NCBI GenBank assembly: GCA_004431415.1
Contig: QPMI01000548.1
Span: 1 to 39,905, forward strand
DNA length: 39,905 nucleotides
Source: Cyanophora paradoxa CCMP329
Taxonomy: Eukaryota > Plantae > Glaucophyta
Direction: 5' to 3'
The translations under genes and the position numbers were made by a program. Below, piece after piece: positions 1-9,486 of this stretch; within the stretch, counting starts at the first letter, position 1, and every line of letters starts with the position of its first letter. A model generated the notes under the pieces. It had not been told where the DNA came from. It ran no database searches and worked only from the letters and a program-made list of their open reading frames with translations.

Positions 1-1568
1 CGGCCTTCTCGGAGCACGGCGGCGAGGAGGGCGATCTGCATGGTGATGGCGGAGGGCCTCGACCCTAAGGCCTGCTCGGAGGAGGAGCTCAAGATGCGCT
101 CCGGCGACGCCTACTCCCCAACTTCAAGAACGTCGCGGCGACGATGTGCGCACCAAGGCGACGCGCAAGGTGCTTGTCATCGTCTGCAACAGCTTCCCGC
201 AGGTGCGCCCGTTCCCCTGCCCCCTTCCCCTTCCCCGGCGCCCTTTCTCACTTGCCCCGGCGCAGGCTCGAGAACCGCATGCTCGAGTTCTTCGCCCGCG
301 TGTCCTGATCCCCTCGACCACAAGCCGGCCAAGAAAGCGCACCTACCTCCACTCCGACATCCGAGAACGAGCTGCCGGCGCTCATGGTCGCGGCCTTCAC
401 CTTCGCGTGGAAGATCATCACGCGCTCTCCGACGGCAAGGCCTCCTGCATCCAGGCCTTCGAGCCGGCGTGGCTGCGGGCGCAGCGCCTCGGCTTCTGGC
501 AGGAGACGGCCTCCTGTCCCCTCACCCGCTTCATCATCACCCACTGCGCCGTCGACCCACCACCTACGTCGCCGCCCCGAACACGGAGGGCTACATGACG
601 AGCGTCGCGGGCATCGTCGAGTACATCGCGCGCACGGAGGCCCCGACACCTCCGCCGCCGTCGGCGCCGACATCGAGAACGGCCGGCTGGACGAGACCTC
701 GCCGGCTTCGGCTCCTGTGCCGCCTCTACTCCTACAAGCTCGGCGGCGTCTGGCAGACCTACATCCGCGGCATCGTCCCAAGGCCCCGCTCTCCCTCGGC
801 GAGAGCCAGCCGGCGCTGGAGGCGATCGCGATCCCCGTCGCCCAGTTCAAGGACCCGGCGCCCGACGTCGGGCCCTTCCTCGTCAAGCCCCACACCAAGG
901 GCAAGGGCAAGCGCACCCGCAACTCGGCGCCGGCCTTCCTCCCGCCCCAGCCCCCGCCACGGCCCCCAGCAGCGCCCCGGCCAGCAGCGCATCGACGAGA
1001 TGCTGCCGCGCCAGGTCCGGCCCGCGTACCCCCGCCTTCCCTCCCGTACCCCCCTCCCCCGCCCCCTCCTGATCCAAGGGCAGGGTACCCGACGAACGGC
1101 GGCGCGGGCCCGAGCGGCTACGGGAGCTCGGCCTCCTCCGCGAGCGCCGACGGCCCCAGCCCCTCCCGGCCCCGGCGCCGTCCTCACCGCGATCCAGGCT
1201 TCGGGCCCAGCAGGAGGCCGAGCGGCGGGCGCTGGCGGCGCGCCAGGCGCGCGAGGCGGAGGAGCGGCGCCAGGCCCTCTGGCCCAGCGCCTGCAGGCCA
1301 CCATCGCCTTCCGCGCCGAGCTGGACTCCGGCTTCCGCGCCGGCCAGATCGCCGGGCGGAGGCCTCGGAGCGCTGGCGGGCGTTCGAGGCGGAGTCGGCG
1401 GGGCTGGCGAAGGGCCTCGGCTACAGCTACCGGCGCGTGCCCGTGCTCAAGGACTACGCGTCGGCCGCGGCGCGGGAGGCCTCGCGGGCGGAGATCGACG
1501 CGGCGGAGGAGCAGGCGGCGCGCGAGGAGGCCGAGGACAACGCGCGCTTCCGGCACCTGCACCACTGA
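1..1568 (+). CDS. D5-like superfamily 3 helicase, C-terminal part, with Pro-rich linker; frameshifted and intron-containing
   Basis: Joined frames give ICMVMAEGLD (Walker B-like), ELKMRSGDAYSPNFKN, KVLVIVCNSFP (motif C Asn), RVLIP and ENELPALMVAAF, in the order typical of D5 helicases; stop at 1566-1568. Confidence 0.6.
203..265 (+). other. Putative 63-nt GT-AG spliceosomal intron in helicase gene
   Basis: CAG|GTGCGC ... C/T-rich ... CTCAC branch-like site ... GCGCAG|. Confidence 0.6.
1015..1083 (+). other. Putative 69-nt GT-AG spliceosomal intron in helicase gene
   Basis: CAG|GTCCGG ... C-rich ... CTGAT branch-like site ... GGGCAG|. Confidence 0.5.
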
Positions 1569-1616
1569 GGCCCGAGGCGGTATTTTTTCTCAACCCTCCC
1601 TCAATTCGGTCCCGCG

Positions 1617-1804
1617 ATGGCCTTCGAAGCTTATCCTGCCCACTACTCGCTAGGAGCGCTGGCCGCGACCCTCACCTGGCTCCTCGGCGGCACCCCACGG
1701 CCTCGGCGGTCATAGGCGTGGGCTTCGGCTACGCCGCCAAGTCCCTCTACGCCCCCGGCGGCGCCTCGCAGGCGGCGGCCGGCATGCGCCCCGCCGGGCG
1801 CTAA
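1617..1804 (+). CDS. Small hydrophobic viral protein (one frameshift)
   Basis: ATG after TATTTTTTCT motif; MAFEAYPAHYSLGALAATLTWLLGG / AVIGVGFGYAAKSLY...GR*. Confidence 0.45.
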
Positions 1805-1898
1805 CTTTTCAAAGTTCATTCTCCCCTCCCCTTTTCCGAGTTCCGAGTCCGTTGGCGTTCCCTTTTAAATTTTCTTCATTCTCGTTACACGTTCGAAG

Positions 1899-2376
1899 AT
1901 GTCGAGCGCGGTAGAGAAGCTGCTGTGCACCGTGTTCAAATCGGATTCGCGATGCAGCAAGATCGGCGAGGCGGCGAGGGCTAAGGGCGGGGCGGCGGCG
2001 GAGGGGCCCAGGGTGAAGGCGGCGGATCCCGCGCCGCCGTCGCTGAAAACGATCAAGGGGGCGGGCAAGGGCAGGAGCGTGGGGGCGCTGCCCCTCGTGG
2101 CGATCGCGCCGGGGCAGAGGGAGGCGGCGCACGCGGCGACGGCGGCGCTGGCCGCGCGGCGGCAGGCGGAGGCCTACCCGTGCCTGGGCCGGGGCTGCAC
2201 CCGCCGGCCGCCGCCCCTACGCCGTGAGCGCCTACTTCGACGAGGCCAACCGGCTGAGCTGCCAGGAGCTGTGCGACAACCGCATGCGGCGCGCCGTGGA
2301 CGGGCACCTGCCGCTGCTGGTGGCGCTGGGCGGCTCGCTCCTGATGGTCTGGTACCTGCGCGGCCTGGTCATTTAG
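1899..2376 (+). CDS. Hypothetical protein with C-terminal transmembrane helix (frameshifted)
   Basis: AAATTTTCT motif upstream; shifted C-terminus ...LSCQELCDNRMRRAVDGHLPLLVALGGSLLMVWYLRGLVI*. Confidence 0.5.
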
Positions 2377-2402
2377 ATAGTTTTTCGAAGTCTAGGTCAA
2401 AG

Positions 2403-2803
2403 ATGGGCTGGGTGGACGCCGTGCTGACCAAGGTCTTCGGACCGAAGAGCGCGCAGCCGCCGCCGAGCTTCAACCTGGCCGCGGCGATCAGCACGACGAT
2501 CGAGCGCAAGAACAACGAGCTCATCCTAAAGAACGACGGCAAGCTTCCCTGGGCCGACGTGGCCGCGGGCGCACTCGGCAGCACGCTGACGGGAATCGAT
2601 CGGACGGGCGCCGCGGGCGTGAAGGTCGGGCAGGCGGTTGCGGCCGTGCCGGAGCTTGCGATGAAGGGCTGGCACTACGCCAAGATCGCCGCCGGCGTCG
2701 CCGCGTGCTCCTTGCGATCTGGCTCGCGTGGCAGCTGCGCGGCGCCTACCAGGGCGCGCGCCTGCAGAGCGCCCAGCTCGACTATTTTCTAAAGGCTAGG
2801 TAA
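2403..2803 (+). CDS. Hypothetical membrane protein (frameshifted)
   Basis: MGWVDAVLTKVFG...KIAAGVAA / VLLAIWLAWQLRGAY...FLKAR*. Confidence 0.5.
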
Positions 2804-2815
2804 AGCGAGCGAACC

Positions 2816-3188
2816 ATGCGCGGCGGCTCTTCCCCCGTGTTTCCTTCGCTGAGAACCCGGTGGCGAACGCAGTCGCCCCTACCCCCTGGAGCCCGGAGTG
2901 AAGCTGGAGCGTGCGAACGCAGTCTCCGTCAAGAAGGCCAAGCGCACGCTGGCGCTGGAAGTCCCGGTCGCGGAGGATACGGAGAAGGTTGCATTCAACA
3001 AGCGCAAGACGTACAAGGCGATACGCGAGGGACAGCTGCTGCCCACGGACTCGGTTCCCGGGCTGCCGGGCACCACGGCCGGCGAGCTCCTAGTGCGCAA
3101 CCTGCGCCTGCAGTACGTCTCCCGCCTCCGCCGCTCCAAGGCCAAGAAGGCGCGCCTGGACTCGGGCGATAGCAGCTCTAGCTCGTAG
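2816..3188 (+). CDS. Basic hypothetical protein (frameshifted near the 5' end)
   Basis: TATTTTCT motif upstream; ATG 2816 joins ORF 2898..3188. Confidence 0.45.
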
Positions 3189-3215
3189 GGCTCTGTACTG
3201 TTGTATTCAATGCCT

Positions 3216-3498
3216 TTACCAGTTCCTGTTCCTATCCCAGAGCACGACTCGGGTGAAGGGCACGGTCATAGCGAACATGAACTCGGCGAACTTTGCAAAG
3301 TTCATCAGGGTTCCCAGGCGGGATCCTCCCAGTAGATCGCCTCGCGCAGCGCCTCGTAGACGCGCATGAGGGAGCGCTCGTTCTCCGTCGCGAAGGCGTC
3401 GCCGGGCTCGTCGGGTCGGGATCCGTGAGCTCGGAGTACTCGTCCGAGCTGCCCGCGCTCTCGGCACCTGCGGCGGGGTCGGGCGAGGGGTCGGGCAT
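3216..3498 (-). CDS. Small acidic hypothetical protein (frameshifted)
   Basis: MPDPSPD...SDEYSELTD / ENERSLMRVYEALREAIYWED / LMNFAKFAEFMF...RNW*; promoter motif at ~3518. Confidence 0.4.
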
Positions 3499-3533
3499 TC
3501 TCTGTAAGTAGAAGGGCAGAAAATCACTAGCAA

Positions 3534-3875
3534 TCACGGGCGCCGGAACTCCATCGAGTCGCCGCGCCAGTACTTGTTGCCGGAGGCGAGCAGCTTCATC
3601 GGCTCGCCCGTCGAATCGTGCTTCCAGGCCTCGCCGTCCCAGAGGGCCGTGCCGCCGTCCTCTAGCTTGAGGCGGTGGCCCGGCTCGAGCCGGTTGCCGT
3701 CGAGCATGCGGCCGGCCATGAGCGCCAGGTCCCACTCGGTGAGGTTGCGCTGCTCTGCGGGGGTGAGGCCGCGCTCGACGCGCTCGGGCTGGCGCGCCTC
3801 GCGCTCCATGCGGCTGAGGCCTACCAGGAAGAAGATGGGCAACGCAAAGGCCATGAGATCTAGCAGGGCCTCCAT
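3534..3875 (-). CDS. Hypothetical protein with N-terminal hydrophobic anchor
   Basis: MEALLDLMAFALPIFFLVGLSR...; intact 113-aa frame; TTTTCT motif upstream. Confidence 0.55.
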   Translation of the reverse strand: MEALLDLMAFALPIFFLVGLSRMEREARQPERVERGLTPAEQRNLTEWDLALMAGRMLDGNRLEPGHRLKLEDGGTALWDGEAWKHDSTGEPMKLLASGNKYWRGDSMEFRRP

Positions 3876-3885
3876 TGGGCAAGAC

Positions 3886-4173
3886 TTAGAAAAGGTTCCG
3901 GACCAGGCCCGAGAGCTGCGGGCCCAGGCGCCGGGCGGCGTAGTAGAGCGCGGCCGCCGCCGCCGCAAGGATCAGAAGGCGCGGCGGGCCGCGCGCCGGC
4001 TCCTCCAGGGTCAGGTCCACGGTCTCCGGCCCGCGCGCCGGAGCCGCCAGGATCTCGGGCTCGGAGCAGAGGGACTTGGGCCCGCGGCGGCGGCGCTGCT
4101 TGGGCGCCGAGGCGGCGGCGGTGAGAAGGTCCTCAGGCTCCTGCTTGATACCTGCGCAATCGGTGAAGTCCAT
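3886..4173 (-). CDS. Small protein with C-terminal hydrophobic helix
   Basis: MDFTDCAGIKQEPED...VDLTLEE...LLILAAAAAALYYAARR; AATTTTCC motif upstream. Confidence 0.5.
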   Translation of the reverse strand: MDFTDCAGIKQEPEDLLTAAASAPKQRRRRGPKSLCSEPEILAAPARGPETVDLTLEEPARGPPRLLILAAAAAALYYAARRLGPQLSGLVRNLF

Positions 4174-4241
4174 GCTTGCTGGGTACCTTGGAAAATTGTG
4201 GGAGGCGTCCGGAGTGTGCGAACGTAGCTCCAATGGGATTT

Positions 4242-4904
4242 GCGTCATTTACGTCCGCGTCATTTACGTCACGGAGTTTGCCGGCGACTCGGGACTCGGG
4301 CCCAACTTCTCCCGGTAAGTTCGAGACTTGAACTCGGCGGGGTACCCCCGGTGTCCTAGTGTCCTAGTGTCCTAGTGCTACTAGCTAGGTGGTATCGATA
4401 TCTAGCTAGCTAGCGCTAGCGCTTGCTTAATTAATTAACCTGAAGGGTCGCGTCATTTACGTCAGCGTCATTTACGTCACGGAGTTTGCCGGCGACTCGG
4501 GACTCGGGCCCAACTTCTCCCGGTAAGTTCGTCACGACCAGTAGCTACTAGTACCGCTAGTACTACGTAGTACTACTTAGTACTACTTGGTACTACTTAG
4601 TACTACTAGCTTAGTACTAGTAGCCACCGATACTGGTACAGCTTTTATAGATTTAAGCATTCATTCAATGTGAATAACGATAATAGTAATAATAATAACG
4701 ATAAGTAATAGGGATACCCTATTTTTCCAAGTCTCGAACTTACCGGGAGAAGTTGGGCCCGAGTCCCGAGTCGCCGGCAAACTCCGTGACGTAAATGACG
4801 CTGACGTAAATGACGCGACCCTTCGGTAACCTCCGCAACCCTTCAGGTAAATGTCAGGTAACTTCAGTTGAGTTAATTAAGCAAGCGCTAGCTAGCTAGA
4901 TATC
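4242..4904. repeat. Composite repeat (candidate replication origin): ~90-bp unit in two direct copies (4242-4330, ~4450-4531) and one inverted copy (4728-4824), around 10-bp tandem repeats and an AT-rich core
   Basis: Near-identical GCGTCATTTACGTC(C/A)GCGTCATTTACGTCACGGAGTTTGCCGGCGACTCGGGACTCGGGCCCAACTTCTCCCGGTAAGTTCG; outer inverted arms ~4397-4434 and ~4873-4904. Confidence 0.9.
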
Positions 4905-5548
4905 ACAGCTCTACCTTGCCCAAGTTGATGGTATCTAGCAGGGCCTGCTCCTCCAAGTCTGCACCGCCGCCGCCGCCCAGCGCTAGCGCTAGCTCGATAC
5001 CGCCTCCGGCTTGATCTCCCTTGGCTCCAGCCACCTGAGGGCTCAGGCCACCTCCTCCTGGTGAAGCCGGTATCGTTGCTCTTGTCCAGCTTGAGGTAGC
5101 GGTAGGGCGCCGGCGCCGGCCAGTCCGGCCTGTGGCCGCTTGCCTCCTTGGCTATGTCCTTGGGCCTACGCGGTCGCAGGTCCGCCTTGGCCTTCGCCCT
5201 CTGCAAGGGCCCAGCGCCTTGAACTTCGGTGCCTTGGTCGCCGGCAGGGCCTTCGGCTGGGGCTTCACCGCCTTCGGCTGCTGAGGCCTTAGCTGCTTCG
5301 ATTTCGGCATACTTCTTGCTCATAAATGAGAAAAGCGCCTCGAAGTCGGCCTTTATCTCCTCCTTGGTCCAGGATGTCACCTGATCCGGGTCACCTGAGA
5401 ACGGCGCATCGAACGCCACGTGGAGCGATTTGCAGGCCTGAGCTATCATTGGCTCGGGCCAGGCCAGCTCGATCAGCTGAAGGTAGATGTTCAGGGCCTT
5501 GTCGAGCTTGGCGCCCTGAGAGACTAGCTGGGAGATAGCGGGCTCCAT
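4892..5548 (-). CDS. Hypothetical protein embedded between repeat copies
   Basis: 218-aa ORF with helical N-terminal domain; ATTTTCTA motif just upstream; 3' end uncertain. Confidence 0.55.
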   Translation of the reverse strand: MEPAISQLVSQGAKLDKALNIYLQLIELAWPEPMIAQACKSLHVAFDAPFSGDPDQVTSWTKEEIKADFEALFSFMSKKYAEIEAAKASAAEGGEAPAEGPAGDQGTEVQGAGPLQRAKAKADLRPRRPKDIAKEASGHRPDWPAPAPYRYLKLDKSNDTGFTRRRWPEPSGGWSQGRSSRRRYRASASAGRRRRCRLGGAGPARYHQLGQGRAVISS

Positions 5549-5633
5549 GGTACAGCAGAGCTTTAGAAAATGGCGCCAAGTCCAAGTCCTTTTTTACGGG
5601 CGAGGCCTGGGCCGGGGGCCAGGGCCGAGTCCC

Positions 5634-5686
5634 AACTCCGTGACGTAAATGACGCTGACGTAAATGACGCGGACGTAAATGACGCC
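5634..5686. repeat. Fourth, partial copy of the repeat unit: three GACGTAAATGACGC iterons
   Basis: AACTCCGTGACGTAAATGACGCTGACGTAAATGACGCGGACGTAAATGACGCC. Confidence 0.85.
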
Positions 5687-5703
5687 GAATTTTCAAGTTG
5701 CCC

Positions 5704-5745
5704 TCACCTGAAACTCAGCTGAGCGCTCACCTGACCCTCACCTGA
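5704..5745. promoter_or_regulatory. Cluster of four phased TCAnnTGA (E-box) motifs
   Basis: TCACCTGA 5704, TCAGCTGA 5715, TCACCTGA 5727, TCACCTGA 5738. Confidence 0.55.
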
Positions 5746-5810
5746 ACGGCCTCAAAACCGCAGCCCCGCCGCGCCCTCTCCTCACACTTCAAAGCCAAGA
5801 GAAATCAAGA

Positions 5811-6080
5811 ATGTGCATCCCCACGTACTTCACCTGCTGTCTCACCTTCGGCATCTTCGCATACGTCATATACGACGATGAGTTCGACCGAAACACGTTC
5901 TACTTCTGCAAGCTCCTTCGCGACATTTCGTCGGAGCACCGCAAGGGCGATGAGTATGATTGGATTCAACTGCTCCCCCTCAAGAACGAGATCGTACTGT
6001 GGAGAGAGAAGTGCATTGTAGGCAGGTTCAAGATTAGCTCGATTCGTGTAGCCGTCGTAGAGGATCTGATGGTGAATTGA
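5811..6080 (+). CDS. Small hypothetical protein with hydrophobic N-terminus
   Basis: Intact 89-aa ATG ORF between two E-box clusters. Confidence 0.45.
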   Translation: MCIPTYFTCCLTFGIFAYVIYDDEFDRNTFYFCKLLRDISSEHRKGDEYDWIQLLPLKNEIVLWREKCIVGRFKISSIRVAVVEDLMVN

Positions 6081-6128
6081 ACACGTGTTTTACCTGAATC
6101 ACCTGAGCGCTCACCCGAGGTCAGCTGA
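6081..6128. promoter_or_regulatory. E-box-like cluster upstream of the SSB gene
   Basis: ACACGTGT, TTACCTGA, TCACCTGA, TCACCCGA, TCAGCTGA at 9-12 bp spacing. Confidence 0.5.
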
Positions 6129-6195
6129 AGTCGGGTGGGGCGCCCTTAAATATTTTCTAGCGCTAGGCTGAAGCACACTCTAAGCTAACGCAAAC

Positions 6196-6990
6196 ATGGC
6201 CACCGTCCGCAACGCCAACGAGATCGACCCCGCCAAGCTCGCCTTCGAGATCGACGCCACCGGCCGCATCAAGGCCAAGTACGACGGCCTGCAGGGCCTC
6301 ATGATGTACGCGCCGCCCATGGTCACGATCAACCCGTGCATCAACACAGAGCAAGGCAAGGCGTGGAGCGACGAGAAGAAGGCCTTCGTCATGGAAGAAA
6401 ACGGCGGATTTTACACGCTGGACCTCACCGATCTCAGCGCCGTCGACGGCCAGACGAACCCAGCCGCGGACGAGTTCCTCAAGCTGCTGGAGGCCCTGGA
6501 CGCGAAATTCTGCGAGTTCGTGCAGCAGAACCAGGCCAAGCTCAAGGTCTCGCCCGGCCGCTCCCTCTCCAAGGATCAGATCTCGGTGCTGCAGACGCCC
6601 AGCGTGCGCATCAAGGTCGACAAGGAGTCGGGCCAGGCCTTCTACAAGTACCTCAACATGCGCATCCGCACCCAGACGATGGCGGGCAAGCGCAAGACCG
6701 TGCCCGTCGTCGACATGTCCAACTACCTCATCACCGAGCGCGCCACCATCGGCACCGGAGACCTGGTGGCGGCGCTCATTAAAATCGACACCGCCTACGC
6801 CATCCCCGAGGGCAAGTTCGGCCTCAAGTGGTCCTTCCTCGCCGTGCAGCAGTGCAAGGTCGGCGCCTTTCGCTTCGCCGGGCGCGCCCCCGAGCTGGCC
6901 TTCAAGCCCTACGACAACGAGGCCGATTTCGAGCCCTACCTAAACCCCGAGTCTATGTACGCAGCCCCATGCAGTAGCTCGGACGAATAA
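6196..6990 (+). CDS. Single-stranded DNA-binding protein (NCLDV / T7 gp2.5-like OB fold)
   Basis: Intact 264 aa; IKAKYDG..LMMYAPPM, YTLDL, FLKLLEALDAKF, VAALIKIDTAY...GKFGLKWSFLAVQ and an acidic tail, the layout of NCLDV SSBs. Confidence 0.7.
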   Translation: MATVRNANEIDPAKLAFEIDATGRIKAKYDGLQGLMMYAPPMVTINPCINTEQGKAWSDEKKAFVMEENGGFYTLDLTDLSAVDGQTNPAADEFLKLLEALDAKFCEFVQQNQAKLKVSPGRSLSKDQISVLQTPSVRIKVDKESGQAFYKYLNMRIRTQTMAGKRKTVPVVDMSNYLITERATIGTGDLVAALIKIDTAYAIPEGKFGLKWSFLAVQQCKVGAFRFAGRAPELAFKPYDNEADFEPYLNPESMYAAPCSSSDE

Positions 6991-7030
6991 ATTGTGAATT
7001 TTTGGTGCAATTGATTACACGCGTTTACAC

Positions 7031-7833
7031 TCAAAGGCCGTTGAACTTGCCGCCCACCGCCCTGGGCTCCGCCGCCGTCGAGGCCGCCGCCTCCGTCACC
7101 TCCTTCATTACCTCCGGGTTCGCGTTCGCCGCGTGCACCGCCAGCACCGTCTGCACCAGGGCCATCCCCAGGCGCGCCTCGGGCCCCAGGGTCACGTAGC
7201 GCGAGTACTTAATCACCAGCTCCTCTAAGATCGGCTGCACCTGGTCCATCGAAGAGAGCGTCGCCTGCCCGAGCCCGTCGAGCTTCAGGCCGATCGGATC
7301 GTACGCCTTGTTCAGGTGCTCCAGCGAGTGCATGCCCGCGATCAGAAAGAGGCGCGCCGCCTCCAGCGAACCCCGCGTGCTCAGCTCGCGCTGAATCTCC
7401 TCGTACTCTTCCTTCAGCTCGTCCAGCGGCGTGGCCAGGCTCAGCTTCTTCGTGGACGTAAGCTCGCCCCCGAACGAGCGCCGGTACTGCGCGATCTGTC
7501 GCAGGACCTGCTTCTTCTCGTCCACGTCCACCTGCGCCTCGTCCCGCGGCCGCTCCTGCAGGTCGATTCCCAGCGCCTTTTTCACGCTCTGCTCCTTCTT
7601 CTTCGTCATTTCGATGTGCTCCTGCACGCTGAAGCCCGCGCCCTTGCTCGGCGCCGTCGGCGGCACCGCGGGCCCGTCGCCCGGCAGCGCCATCCTGTCG
7701 GCCTTCGGCGCCTTCTCCCCTTTTCCTTGCCCTCCTTCGCGGGGCGGCCCTTCTTCCGGGGCTGCGGGATTCCCACGGGGTTCGGCCCGTCCACGGCCAG
7801 CGCCTCGAAGCCAAGCATCGCCGAGGGGTCCAT
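7031..7833 (-). CDS. Conserved NCLDV-type hypothetical protein (DUF5767-like); frameshift near 7720
   Basis: LDELKEEYE...LEHLNKAYDPIGLKLDGLG...ILEELVIKY...GPEARLGMAL...VH resembles a widespread NCLDV family; N-terminus from ORF 7606..7833. Confidence 0.6.
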
Positions 7834-7862
7834 CCTTTACGCCTGCCCCTTAGAAATATTTT

Positions 7863-8192
7863 TCACTCCGAGGTCAGCTCGACGAAGAGCTCGATGTAAA
7901 GCCAGAGCTTCTCGCGCAGCTCGGGCCCGCTGCCGTAGAAGAGCGAGCGCACGGCCGAGGCGTACTCCTGCGGCAGCCTCTCGAAAACCGAGTCGTCCTT
8001 CGCCTTGATCAATTCCGCCTCCGCGTTGATGTGCCTCCTGAACAGAACGATGACCGCCGTGGCCCCGATGCCGCGCAGCGACTGGATCTGCGCCCGCACC
8101 CCCGGCTCCTTGGCCTCCGGCTCCAGCAGGTCGAGGAAGCGGCCCCAGCGCGCCTCGATTTGCTCGCCCAGCGTCGCCTCCGTCGCAGCCAT
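7863..8192 (-). CDS. Small helical NCLDV-like hypothetical protein
   Basis: Intact 109 aa; LIKAKDDSVF...REKLWLYIELFVEL pattern recalls small NCLDV proteins. Confidence 0.55.
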   Translation of the reverse strand: MAATEATLGEQIEARWGRFLDLLEPEAKEPGVRAQIQSLRGIGATAVIVLFRRHINAEAELIKAKDDSVFERLPQEYASAVRSLFYGSGPELREKLWLYIELFVELTSE

Positions 8193-8211
8193 GCTACGCG
8201 TGCTTCAGAAA

Positions 8212-9407
8212 TTAGCGTCCGCCGCTGCCGCTGCCGCTGCCGCTGCCGCTGCCGCCGCCGCTGCCGCTGCCGCCGCCGCTGCCGCCGCCGCCGAGGAGGG
8301 CGTTTGCCGCTTGCTCGTACATTGCCGCCTTGCGCGCGCTGGTCTCGCGGAGGAGGGTGGCCTGCGCGGTCTCGGTGCCCTTCACGAGAGCCTGGAAGGC
8401 GGTTTGAATCGTGGTCTGGCTGCGCTCACCGGTGCCTGCCATTCCGGCGACGGTTCCCAGGCCCCGCAGCCCCGCAATCGAGCCTAACGTTGCGGTATCC
8501 GCATAGGGTCGGCTTCCTACGGCCGGATTCACGACGGCCGGCAGCAGGTTCTGGTCCGCGTACGGCGTCGCCGTCGCCAGCGCGGGCCCGCGCGTGCCGA
8601 CCTGATCCATGAGCATCGCCCCGAACGGGTTGCCCCGGCTGAAGTCCACGTCGTTGCGCCCGTAGGGCTTGTTGACGGCGCTGCTGATGTTGGCCGTCTG
8701 CGCGTTGAACATGGGCGAGAGGTCGGGGGTGTAGCCCGCGCGCAGCCCCTGGGGGTTCTCCGTCGTCTGCCCGTAGCGGCCGGCCGGCCCGAGCAGGTTC
8801 TCCTTCTCGATCTCTTCCATCGTCTTGATCCAGCCGCGCTCGCGCGCCCACTTCATGACGAGATCATCGTAGTTCATCGGGAAGAAAACCTTCTGGTACT
8901 TGTCGAAGCGCTGAATTTCGATATCCTGCTCGATCATGTTTGTAATTCGCTCCAGCAGCTCGGGGTAATATTCCTCGAGCATTTTGGCGACGCCCGGCTG
9001 CTTCAGGTCGAAGGCCGTCATCGCCCACTGGTCGAAATCGCGAATCATGATTTCCTTCCGCAGCACGAACGCATTCTCGACGTCCTCCTCGCTGATCTGT
9101 CGGCTGGGGTAGGTGTTCTGCAGCTGCTGTCGGATGCCCATGCGCATCAGCTTCTCCATGGAGGGCGTGTACTTCATCGCGGGCAGGGTCTTCGTATTCC
9201 CCCGCTGAGCCCCAGGCCACGTGCCTGATCCTCGGGCGTGTAGACGTCCGCCTTTGTCCCATCTACGACGGGCACCTCGGGCATGACCGTGCCCGGAAGG
9301 AACTTGTTCACGATGCCGTCCATGTCGGCCTTCAGGTCGTTCTTCAGCGACTGGCGCTGCTTCTTAGAGCCCTCCCCAATGTCCATCATAGAGTGGCCCT
9401 TCGTCAT
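8212..9407 (-). CDS. Hypothetical (possibly structural) protein with Gly/Ser-repeat tail; frameshift at ~9200
   Basis: ORFs 9174..9407 and 8212..9177 join via LSG/NTKTLPAMKYTP; (GCCGCT)n at 8219-8293 encodes the GS tail; lies directly downstream of MCP. Confidence 0.6.
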
Positions 9408-9486
9408 CGTGCCTCGGTTAGGATCCCAGTGGGAAAATTTATTGGTTCACATCGGCCTACCAAGCACACCCTGGCTAACAAGCAAT

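Noticed and set aside
4242-5686. CRISPR array
   Set aside because: Few long repeats in mixed orientation, no regular unique spacers, no cas genes, eukaryotic-virus context
8005-8612. Poly-Ala and (RC)n ORFs
   Set aside because: Antisense readings of the (GCCGCT)n repeat that encodes the Gly/Ser tail of the minus-strand gene
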